Assembly (NCBI GenBank): GCA_947053455.1
Contig: CAMRSV010000003.1
Span: forward strand, 1 to 64,000
Direction: 5' to 3'
DNA length: 64,000 bases
Origin: an uncultured Alphaproteobacteria bacterium
GTDB taxonomy: Bacteria > Pseudomonadota > Alphaproteobacteria > Rs-D84
Shown piece by piece: positions 38,597 through 47,143 of the stretch; position 1 is the first letter of the stretch, and each line of letters begins with the position of its first letter. The translations under genes were made by a program, and so were the position numbers. Below the pieces are notes generated by a model. It ran no database searches. It was given only the letters and a program-made list of their open reading frames with translations, and was not told the origin of the DNA.

Positions 38597-40303
38597 TCAA
38601 TCCTTGGTATCTTCACCCGCATTAAGCAGTGCATAGTTATCCGCACGCAACGCATCGAGCATTTCTGAAATATCCTTGTCCGACACACCCAAATATTCCA
38701 ATACCCCGTGTCCCAGAAAGAAAGATGTCTCAATCGTTTCTGGCAATGCTTCAAAGGCACCCTCTTTTAATAAATCTTTGGAATCGGCAAGATTGCGTGC
38801 GCGCGCGAATATTTTTACACGTGGTGCGACACCCTTTACGGTTAAAATTGTTTTTCGCGCGGTCACCGCATTATCCAGCGCAACAACAACTGCACGCGTA
38901 TGGCGCGTGTTTAGCCCCAGTTCATGCAGCACATTGCTATTTGAACAATCGCCGTATGCAACGTTAAAGCCGCGGTCACGCCCTAACATAACGGCACTTA
39001 CATCCAAATCAAGCGCAACGTATGGAATATCTTTTTCTATCATCAGTTGTGCAACAATCTGTCCAACACGCCCGAAACCACATATTACAACCGTCGGTTG
39101 TATTTCTGGATCAGCCTTGTTAAACTGGTGCGAATGACGCTGTGCAAACAGCCACCCACGGCGATTTAAATAATCATATACGCACAGCAATATCGGCGTA
39201 ACCATAATCGACAATGTTATTATCGCCGTAACAATTTCAGCATGATTTTGCGGTATTGCCTCAATTCCACCGGCCTTCATAGTCTGCAGCATCAACAGTC
39301 CAAATTCGCCCCCTTGAGCCAAAACCAGCGCAATCATTGATGCATCCTGCGACGGAACACTGCGTACACGCGCGACGATATAAATCGCCACAAACTTTAT
39401 AGCAATTAATCCAATCAGCCCCAAAATGACTATATACCAATTATCAATCAACATCGGCAAATTCAGTCCCATCCCAAGCGATATGAAAAAGAACGCCATG
39501 AACAACATTGCATACGGACTGATTTCTGCACTGACCTGATGACGGTAAATCGTTTCAGACATCAACATACCTGCCAGAAACGCCCCCAACCCCGCCGGCA
39601 TTCCGATTAAATCCAGCACGACCGCCCACACAACAATGTTCAGCATAACCGCCAACAAAAATACTTCGCGCGATTTTAGGCGCGATACAAGCTTTAACAA
39701 CGGATTCAAAACAAAACGCCCAACAAAAATTACACCCAGTATCAATGCCACAGACCATACAAAAACATCAATTGCCGTCGCCCCCAGATTAAACGAACGA
39801 CCTGCAAACACCGGCAACATAGCCAGCAACGGTATCGATAGCAAATCTTGAAACAATAAAATTGAAAATGTCTGGCGACCCGGTTCCGTATTCAATTGAT
39901 TTCTTTCTGTCATCAGTTGCAGGTCTTCGGACGTACTAGACATGGCCAGCATAAGCGCCACCATCATGCATCCCATAATCGACCACGATGTAACACCATG
40001 CAATATCGGAAACAGCATCACCGCAACCATCATAACCTGGGTCAGCCCAAATCCAAATATCGTACGCCTCATATCCCACAGGCGGCGCATATTTATTTCC
40101 AAACCGATATTAAACCACAAAAACAGTATACCCAAATCCCCCAGAAATTTCCATGTTTCTGTTAATTCAAACAGGTTCAGCAAATACGGCCCGGATAAAA
40201 CGCCTGCAATTAAAAATGCAACCAATGCCCCTATTTTTGCCGTACGCAATATATACGCCAGCACAAATATAATTGCAAAAAATATCAAGATAGATATTGA
40301 CAT
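38597..40303 (-). CDS. KefB/KefC-type CPA2 cation:proton antiporter with TrkA-N domain
   Basis: IGLE, SST, LLFQDL, LAQGGEF; C-terminal ICGFGRVGQ. Confidence 0.92.
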   Translation of the reverse strand: MSISILIFFAIIFVLAYILRTAKIGALVAFLIAGVLSGPYLLNLFELTETWKFLGDLGILFLWFNIGLEINMRRLWDMRRTIFGFGLTQVMMVAVMLFPILHGVTSWSIMGCMMVALMLAMSSTSEDLQLMTERNQLNTEPGRQTFSILLFQDLLSIPLLAMLPVFAGRSFNLGATAIDVFVWSVALILGVIFVGRFVLNPLLKLVSRLKSREVFLLAVMLNIVVWAVVLDLIGMPAGLGAFLAGMLMSETIYRHQVSAEISPYAMLFMAFFFISLGMGLNLPMLIDNWYIVILGLIGLIAIKFVAIYIVARVRSVPSQDASMIALVLAQGGEFGLLMLQTMKAGGIEAIPQNHAEIVTAIITLSIMVTPILLCVYDYLNRRGWLFAQRHSHQFNKADPEIQPTVVICGFGRVGQIVAQLMIEKDIPYVALDLDVSAVMLGRDRGFNVAYGDCSNSNVLHELGLNTRHTRAVVVALDNAVTARKTILTVKGVAPRVKIFARARNLADSKDLLKEGAFEALPETIETSFFLGHGVLEYLGVSDKDISEMLDALRADNYALLNAGEDTKD

Positions 40304-40373
40304 ACATTCCTCTCCCTGAAGTCTATATCAATTCGTATTATATATAACCTGTAATACGAAGTCACTTGATTTT

Positions 40374-41204
40374 TTAATCAATAAGATGGTAAACAGCGCC
40401 GTTTAATTCAACATTTAATCCGGTATTTTTACCTAATGCCAAACGCCCATAGCAAATTTTGCCATTGTACTGAACACATAATACCGGCGTCCCAATCTTT
40501 CTATCATAGAGTGGGATGCTATTGTTACCAAAATGCAAACTTGATATTTCGGCCGCACACAGCCTTTCACACGCTGCGTCTATCTTCTTATAACCATCGT
40601 CACAAACCAAATTTGACGGTGTATATGTACATATACCCGGTTCATAAACACGCGCAATATCCGCCGGTATGTGCCCACCGACGACCGTCTGATTTTCACA
40701 TGGACGTGAACAATTTGTATCACCCAATTCCAATGTATATCCAGCCCCGCAATGAACCAGACGCATATCATCCCATGATACAAGCCCCTGGGTATTATTT
40801 AACACACGCCATTGCAATGTATATGTTGTATTTGGCACAACATTTTTGATATCAAAAACAACCAAAGTATCAATTTCTTTACCATTTAAACCAAACCTGA
40901 AATATGCCAAATCTTCCAAATCATCGGGCATCGTCACAGTAAATGAAATAAACCCTAGGCGATTGTCTACAAACATTACTATTCCATCATAACTCATATC
41001 GCCGAACGGCTGATGCTTGTTATTATTATAAAAAATCTGTAGTTTCCATTTCATATCGGTCATCGAGTCTGCCGTAATCTGGGTCACTACACCATCTGTA
41101 ATGGTTGCATTATAAAATCTTAAATTTTCCATCAGGTTTTCTACGGATGCTGCACACACCGGACTGACTATTAACCATAACCACAGAATTAAAATCCGAC
41201 GCAT
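40374..41204 (-). CDS. Secreted protein with Cys-rich segment and beta-rich C-terminal domain
   Basis: Signal peptide MRRILILWLWLIVSPVCA after a GAGGA RBS; HCGAGY..., CDDGY...C; AT-rich. Confidence 0.8.
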   Translation of the reverse strand: MRRILILWLWLIVSPVCAASVENLMENLRFYNATITDGVVTQITADSMTDMKWKLQIFYNNNKHQPFGDMSYDGIVMFVDNRLGFISFTVTMPDDLEDLAYFRFGLNGKEIDTLVVFDIKNVVPNTTYTLQWRVLNNTQGLVSWDDMRLVHCGAGYTLELGDTNCSRPCENQTVVGGHIPADIARVYEPGICTYTPSNLVCDDGYKKIDAACERLCAAEISSLHFGNNSIPLYDRKIGTPVLCVQYNGKICYGRLALGKNTGLNVELNGAVYHLID

Positions 41205-41224
41205 AATTTGTCCTCGTATCACTT

Positions 41225-41400
41225 ACCCCCCCAGACATATTTCAGATGGTTGGAGGTTCATAACTATTCGTCATAGAAAATAGCAAACTTATTCAATATA
41301 TTCACCATCCTCCAACCAAATTGGTTTGAGGGTTTTTATTGTCACCCACGAGACACTATGACGTTAGGGTTATGATACCCAATCTAGACATTTGCCTGAA
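41225..41400 (-). ncRNA. Candidate structured cis-regulatory RNA, copy B
   Basis: Homologous to 14670-14838 with covarying stems; promoter TTGAAA-17-TATGAT at 41436-41408. Confidence 0.7.
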
Positions 41401-41448
41401 TGCATGAATCATAACATTTGAGGGTATTTGTTTCAATAAAATTTTGGA

Positions 41449-42276
41449 TTATATGGCAATCTGCTGCGCCATTTGTGCAAATGTTTCGGGTGAAATTTGT
41501 TCGGCTCGCTCTGCACCGGTCAACCCGAATTGCGTCCAATCAACGCCAGGCATTATACCACGTATCATTTTGCGCCGCTGACCGAAAAGTTTGGCGGTGA
41601 TTTTTTCCAATTTCAACACATCACCCAGCGCACGAATTTTATCCGGATTTGGAATAACACCGACAACGGCGCTTTGCACTTTGGGTTGTGGGGTAAATGC
41701 AGTCCGCGGCACATTAAACAAAATTTTTGCATCCGCCGTCAGCGCCGTCAAAACCCCAAGCCGCCCGTATGCCGCATCACCCGGCCGCGCGGTGATGCGT
41801 TCGGCCACCTCGCGCTGGAACATTAATGTCATGGACTTTATGGGTGCACCACCAGCCGCACGGATTAACCAGCGTACAAACAATTCTGTGCCGACATTAT
41901 ATGGCAAATTTGCGCATATCGCATATTCTGCGACCCCAAGTTTTTCAAAATTAACATTCAACGCATCATCATATATAACCATCAATCGACCCGACGATGC
42001 GTTTTCTATTTCCGATAAAATTGGTTGTGTTGTTGTGTCCTTTTCAATCGCAATAACGCGCCTAGCCCCAGCCATCAGCAGCGCCCGCGTAAGGCCACCG
42101 GGCCCCGGTCCCACCTCAACCACAGTCATGCGTTCAATATCGGGCACACTGCGCGCAATGCGTCCCGTCAAATTCAAATCAAACAGGAAATTTTGTCCGA
42201 ACTGCTTTTTCGGCACAAGGCCGGACGCACGCATCATGCTTGAGACCGGCGGCAAAGATTCAATCGCGCATGTCAT
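41449..42276 (-). CDS. rsmA: 16S rRNA m6,2A dimethyltransferase KsgA
   Basis: KKQFGQNFL, EVGPGPGGLT, ANLPYN, MFQREVAER, QRRK. Confidence 0.97.
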   Translation of the reverse strand: MTCAIESLPPVSSMMRASGLVPKKQFGQNFLFDLNLTGRIARSVPDIERMTVVEVGPGPGGLTRALLMAGARRVIAIEKDTTTQPILSEIENASSGRLMVIYDDALNVNFEKLGVAEYAICANLPYNVGTELFVRWLIRAAGGAPIKSMTLMFQREVAERITARPGDAAYGRLGVLTALTADAKILFNVPRTAFTPQPKVQSAVVGVIPNPDKIRALGDVLKLEKITAKLFGQRRKMIRGIMPGVDWTQFGLTGAERAEQISPETFAQMAQQIAI

Positions 42277-42872
42277 ATCGTCTTGCGCCCCCCGAACGCC
42301 AGGCTTAATGTCCCATCATCCAGATAATCCAAATCACCACCCAACGGAACACCTGATGCCAATTCAGAAAACGCCGCCCCACAATTGTCGCCGACAACCG
42401 ACATAACATAATGCTGGGTTGTCTTGCCTTCGACTGTGTTGGGCAGTGCGAAAATAATTTCTGTAATATTTTCATCCTTTATACGCCCGGGCAATGTAGC
42501 GATATTCAAATCATCGGGCATTGTTCCCGCTGCCCCTGACAACAATCCCCCCAAAATATGATACCGGCCACGAAAAACAGATGATTTTTCCAAAACCCAG
42601 ACGTCGCCAATATCGCGAACCACACATAATTGTCCGTTGGCGCGCGCGGCGTCGCCGCAAAACTCGCATGCACGCGCACCGCGTTCGGTCAACATTCCAC
42701 ACACTGGGCACGGGGCGATATTTTCCGCCGCATCCATTAACGCCGCCGAGAGTTGCGCCGCGCGTCCCGTCTTGTCCTGCAGCAAAGACAGAACAATGCG
42801 CTGGGCGGCGCGACTGCCGACACGAGGCAACTTTGCAAACTGTTTAATCAACTTTTCAATTTTCGAATTCAT
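42273..42872 (-). CDS. recR: Recombination mediator RecR
   Basis: LPRVGSRAAQR HhH; CPVC..CEFC Zn finger; Toprim YHILGG, EGKTT, LDYLDDGTL. Confidence 0.96.
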   Translation of the reverse strand: MNSKIEKLIKQFAKLPRVGSRAAQRIVLSLLQDKTGRAAQLSAALMDAAENIAPCPVCGMLTERGARACEFCGDAARANGQLCVVRDIGDVWVLEKSSVFRGRYHILGGLLSGAAGTMPDDLNIATLPGRIKDENITEIIFALPNTVEGKTTQHYVMSVVGDNCGAAFSELASGVPLGGDLDYLDDGTLSLAFGGRKTI

Positions 42873-42883
42873 AATAAAATCAC

Positions 42884-44074
42884 TTAATGAAATACATAAC
42901 TATCTATTCCAGCGCCGGATGCACGCTGACGCAAAGCGGCTGCGGCTGCGTCCGACAATCCATTTACACGCACACGCCACATTCCGTTGGGCGCCTTTTC
43001 AATCACCGGCGTAACGTTTAACGAACTTTTCACATTGGCAACCTGATTTACGGCCGCATCACGTGATGAAAATGCGCCAAATTGAACCCCGGCGCCACCG
43101 GTCGCGGCCGCAACAGAACCTGATGCAGTGATTGATTTTGCCGGCACCGAATTATGCTGCGCACCGCTTGTCGCCGCAACGTATGCCGCATTAAATGTCG
43201 GCACCGCGGTGGTTTTTGATTTTGGCTGCGCCACCGGTGCGGGCGATGCAGGTACGGTGGCCGCATCGGACGCGACACCCGATAAAGCAAACCCCTTGTT
43301 TAACATTTGTATGGATACATTCGCACGCACATCCTTGTTTTCTGCGCCCAAAACCACGGACATCATTCGCTTTCCACCACGTTGCGCGGTCGCAACCAAA
43401 GAATATTTTGACTTGTTTGTAAAACCGGTTTTCATTCCATCACACCCGGCATATGCCCCCAGCAGTCGATTTCCATTCGTATACGTCTTGCCATTATATG
43501 TCCATGTCTTTATTCCGAAATATTTCCAATACTGCGGGAAATGTTTATACACTGCCATTGACAACAGCGCAATATCACGCGCAGTCGACAAATGATCGTC
43601 ATTCGGCAGTCCGGACGAGTTTTCAAAATTAGTCTGCCCAAGTCCAATTTCATTAGCAACACGTGTCATAAGACCGGCAAAATTCCCCTCTTTGCCACCT
43701 TTAAGATTTTCCGCCAACACGCGCGCGACATCATTTGCGCTTAAAACCGCGACCGCCTTTATAGCATTTTCAACGGAAATTTTGCTGCCCGCGGCCAGCC
43801 CCAGTTTTACCGGCGACGCATTTGCCGCAGATTGCGAAACAATTAAATAGTCATCCAAATGCAGCCGCCCGTGTTCCAACGCATCAAACGTCAGATACAA
43901 AGTCATTATTTTAGTTAATGATGCTGGATAATTCGGCTGTGTTGCGTTTTCCTGATACAATATGCGTCCCGTATCCATATCAGCAACCAAGGCGGCGCGA
44001 TACTGCGCCGCATTCGCCGGCATACACAGCGCCGCCGCAAAAAAACTATAAAGAAAAAAGCCTTTTGCCTTCAT
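42884..44074 (-). CDS. D-Ala-D-Ala carboxypeptidase (peptidase S11) with SPOR domain
   Basis: PASLTK (SxxK), SAND (SxN), KTGF; C-terminal VQFGAFSS...WRVRV. Confidence 0.93.
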   Translation of the reverse strand: MKAKGFFLYSFFAAALCMPANAAQYRAALVADMDTGRILYQENATQPNYPASLTKIMTLYLTFDALEHGRLHLDDYLIVSQSAANASPVKLGLAAGSKISVENAIKAVAVLSANDVARVLAENLKGGKEGNFAGLMTRVANEIGLGQTNFENSSGLPNDDHLSTARDIALLSMAVYKHFPQYWKYFGIKTWTYNGKTYTNGNRLLGAYAGCDGMKTGFTNKSKYSLVATAQRGGKRMMSVVLGAENKDVRANVSIQMLNKGFALSGVASDAATVPASPAPVAQPKSKTTAVPTFNAAYVAATSGAQHNSVPAKSITASGSVAAATGGAGVQFGAFSSRDAAVNQVANVKSSLNVTPVIEKAPNGMWRVRVNGLSDAAAAALRQRASGAGIDSYVFH

Positions 44075-44139
44075 GTAACAAATACTACAAAAAATCCGCC
44101 CCCGTGGTCAAGGGCGGATAATTTATTGGCAATAAGAAA

Positions 44140-45510
44140 TTAACCCAGTTTGCGCAGGGAAATTTTTTCACCGTCAACGATAACCAAAATACCGGATTCC
44201 AATCCGAACCATTTGGCAGCCGCGATTGCATCTTTGTCTGCGAACATTTTTGCATCGCATTTGGAATGCACGCCACGCGACAGGCACAGTTGATTTGCAA
44301 CAACATCTTCGCGGGCAATTGCGAACACCGGCACATCCGGACGACGACATGCAATCAATGTCGCTGGCACCGTCGTTTCAGAAAATACCACAATCGCCGC
44401 CGCGTTATTCAATTCAGCCATAACTGTCACAGACAGCGCCCAATCGTTTTCCGGCAGGTCTTCGGCATCAGACCAATCCTGACCATTTTCAATGGAATCT
44501 TGATCCGCATTCTGCAGGACTTTCGCCATTGTTTCAACAACGAACGGGGGATTTGCACTGATTGTGGTTTCTTCACTTGTCATGGTTGAATCAACATGCA
44601 GGTATGCCGCCGTCGCAATATCGGAAATTTCCGCACGTGTCGGGAAATCACTGTTTACCATGGAACCCAACATTTGCGTCGCCATGATAACCGGTTTATT
44701 GCGTTCACGACACAGGCGAATTATACGACGGGAAATTGCAGGAACCTTTTCAAACGGAACTTCTACCGCCAAATCACCACGCGCAATCATAATACCATCG
44801 GCCACATCAATAATGGATTCGATTTTTTCGACTGCCTGGGGGCGTTCAATTTTGGCAATTATTTTTACCGGATGCGATGTGCGCGCCGTAATAAATTCAC
44901 GTGTTTCGATAACATCTTCTGGTTTTTGAACAAATGAAATCGCGACATAATCCGGATTCTTGGTAAGTGCATATTCCAAATCCGTACGATCTTTGGCGGT
45001 CAAAACAGATGTCGCAACCTCGGTATCGGGCAAATTGAATCCGCGACGTGACCAAATTTCAGTACCGCGAATAACGGTTGCTTCAATGCTATCAGAATTG
45101 ACCTTTTCCACCTTCATTTCAATTTTGCCGTCATTCAACAACACGCGGTCACCCGGCTTTAATGACTTGATAACATCCATATCCGGCAATTGAACACGGT
45201 TGGAATTACCCGGTGTCGGATCAGAATCAAAAACAAATTTTTGTCCGGGAACAATCGGAAAACGGTCTTCGGTTTCAAAGACCCCAATACGATGTTTTGG
45301 CCCCTGCAAATCGACCAAAACCGCGACCGGGTGGCCTGTCTTTGCGCTGATTTCACGAATAATATCTATTTTTTTACCCTGGGCATCACCGACGTCGTGG
45401 CTAAAATTCAAACGACATACATTAACACCCGCGTCAATCATTTGCTGCAGTACTTCGCGGCTTTCGCTATTGGGGCCAATAGAAGAAGTAATTTTTGTAA
45501 ATCTTTTCAT
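44140..45510 (-). CDS. pyk: Pyruvate kinase
   Basis: RLNFSH, DLQGPK, IAKIE, MIARGDL, ATQML, PTRAE. Confidence 0.97.
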   Translation of the reverse strand: MKRFTKITSSIGPNSESREVLQQMIDAGVNVCRLNFSHDVGDAQGKKIDIIREISAKTGHPVAVLVDLQGPKHRIGVFETEDRFPIVPGQKFVFDSDPTPGNSNRVQLPDMDVIKSLKPGDRVLLNDGKIEMKVEKVNSDSIEATVIRGTEIWSRRGFNLPDTEVATSVLTAKDRTDLEYALTKNPDYVAISFVQKPEDVIETREFITARTSHPVKIIAKIERPQAVEKIESIIDVADGIMIARGDLAVEVPFEKVPAISRRIIRLCRERNKPVIMATQMLGSMVNSDFPTRAEISDIATAAYLHVDSTMTSEETTISANPPFVVETMAKVLQNADQDSIENGQDWSDAEDLPENDWALSVTVMAELNNAAAIVVFSETTVPATLIACRRPDVPVFAIAREDVVANQLCLSRGVHSKCDAKMFADKDAIAAAKWFGLESGILVIVDGEKISLRKLG

Positions 45511-45598
45511 GATTTGTTTCCTATTTTATTTTGTTTTTCTTGATTTTTGCGAATAATCATATATCATAAAGTTTTGAAATAAACAAGGGGAAATCTAT

Positions 45599-45847
45599 AT
45601 GAAAAATGCAAATCATGGCGCCATTGACAACCAGCAGTTGTTGACCATTATTGAAAGAATTGAAAAACTGAACGAGGAAACGGCCGCCATTGCCGCCGAC
45701 ATCAAGGAAATTTACAGCGAAGCCAAATCTGCGGGATTCGACCCGAAATATATACGCCAGATGATACGCCTGCGCAAAATGGATCCGGATGAACTGGACG
45801 AGGCAGACGAACTGACCCAGATGTACCGCAGCGCGCTGGGTATATAA
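45599..45847 (+). CDS. gapR: DUF2312 / GapR nucleoid-associated protein
   Basis: IIERIEKL.EE......DIKEIYSEAKSAGFD.K.IR..IRLRK. Confidence 0.9.
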   Translation: MKNANHGAIDNQQLLTIIERIEKLNEETAAIAADIKEIYSEAKSAGFDPKYIRQMIRLRKMDPDELDEADELTQMYRSALGI

Positions 45848-45855
45848 TTCAAATA

Positions 45856-46170
45856 ATGAAAACTTTTACCAAACGCATTGAAAATTTTGTCTGCGCCCAT
45901 TGCGGCGCACAATGCGTTGGAAACGGTTACACCAATCATTGCCCACAGTGCCTATGGTCGCGCCATGTCGACAACAATCCGGGTGACCGCGCGGCGACGT
46001 GTGGCGCAATGATGCGCCCCATATCTGTGGAAAAATGTGGCGACGGATTTATTATAACGCATAGATGCGAAACATGTGGCAAGACGATACGCCAACGCGC
46101 CTGTGACGAAGACAATATAAATGAAATAATCCGTATTAGCGCAAATTCATCTTTTATATTCGGAAAATAA
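45856..46170 (+). CDS. RNHCP-domain zinc-binding protein
   Basis: FVCAHCG...YTNHCPQCLWSRHVD.NPGDRAA.CG..M...HRC..CG. Confidence 0.9.
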   Translation: MKTFTKRIENFVCAHCGAQCVGNGYTNHCPQCLWSRHVDNNPGDRAATCGAMMRPISVEKCGDGFIITHRCETCGKTIRQRACDEDNINEIIRISANSSFIFGK

Positions 46171-46187
46171 CGAATAAATTTTATTTA

Positions 46188-46223
46188 CTGGATTGCTTTG
46201 TCGCCATAACGACCCGCAATGAC
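46188..46223. repeat. Degenerate REP/RPE-like palindrome
   Basis: CTGGATTGCTTTGTCGC...CCGCAATGAC resembles the alphaproteobacterial repeat GGATTGCTTCGTCGC...CTCGCAATGAC (from memory). Confidence 0.5.
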
Positions 46224-46327
46224 AAGACTGTGGGTAATTGTTCGGCATACAAACAAACTGCCGTTCCATAGAAATCCGGCATAAAAAATTCACGGCGGTA
46301 TAAATGCCGCCGTGATAAATTTATACT

Positions 46328-47119
46328 TTACGGAATTTTATTATTTTGTCGCTGGGCAGCCTGTTGCTGCTGATAATTATAGGTTGCAATCTGCACCAAG
46401 AATTTTTGCGCACAATCCAAAACTTCTTCGCGACGGCTGGTTCCACCTGTGCCGGTTGAACTGCTTTTTATAGTACTGCAGCTTGCCAAGGCATTATTTT
46501 TATCATAAAGATTCTTGGATGCGTCTATAATCTGCCAAGTTTCCGCAACTTCCAAATCCTGGCGTAACTGCTTTTTTGCGTCCGTGATATTGCCGGCATT
46601 GATTGCGTTTACAACCGTCTGGACATTTGATTGCAGACATGCGGCGGCATTAACCGGACTCGTCGCCGACAACATACAGTTTTGCGTCCCAGCCAATACT
46701 ATTCGTTTATCCGTTGAATTGGCTGTGCCGCTGGACGAATTTTCCGCCTCGGCACCGGCCGCCTGCAGACTGGTGGTTAGTACCGCTTTTTTAAGTTGCG
46801 TCTTAAACCGGCGCATCATCGCATCCAGATATTCATACTGCTTGTACATCTGCTGGGTCATGATGGTGGTTTTCAGCGCGACAACCTCTTTCATGGCCTG
46901 TTTTTTTGCCTCGGTCGATGGGTTTATCGTGTGGTTTATATTATACGCGTGAACACTGCATAATGCAATTTCCGGCGAAATATATTCATTTTCATCTTTT
47001 TCACAGCCATTGTTTGTCGCGGCAACAACAGGGGAAACCAGCAACGCACACGCCATAACTGTCGCACATACGCAAGGTATTTTTAGCAAATTAAAAATTA
47101 TTCTTTTTGTTTTTACCAT
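46328..47119 (-). CDS. Secreted helical hypothetical protein
   Basis: Signal-like N-terminus; long amphipathic helix; paired Cys; Gln-rich tail. Confidence 0.8.
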   Translation of the reverse strand: MVKTKRIIFNLLKIPCVCATVMACALLVSPVVAATNNGCEKDENEYISPEIALCSVHAYNINHTINPSTEAKKQAMKEVVALKTTIMTQQMYKQYEYLDAMMRRFKTQLKKAVLTTSLQAAGAEAENSSSGTANSTDKRIVLAGTQNCMLSATSPVNAAACLQSNVQTVVNAINAGNITDAKKQLRQDLEVAETWQIIDASKNLYDKNNALASCSTIKSSSTGTGGTSRREEVLDCAQKFLVQIATYNYQQQQAAQRQNNKIP

Positions 47120-47143
47120 TTATAATAATTACCATTTTGCGCT

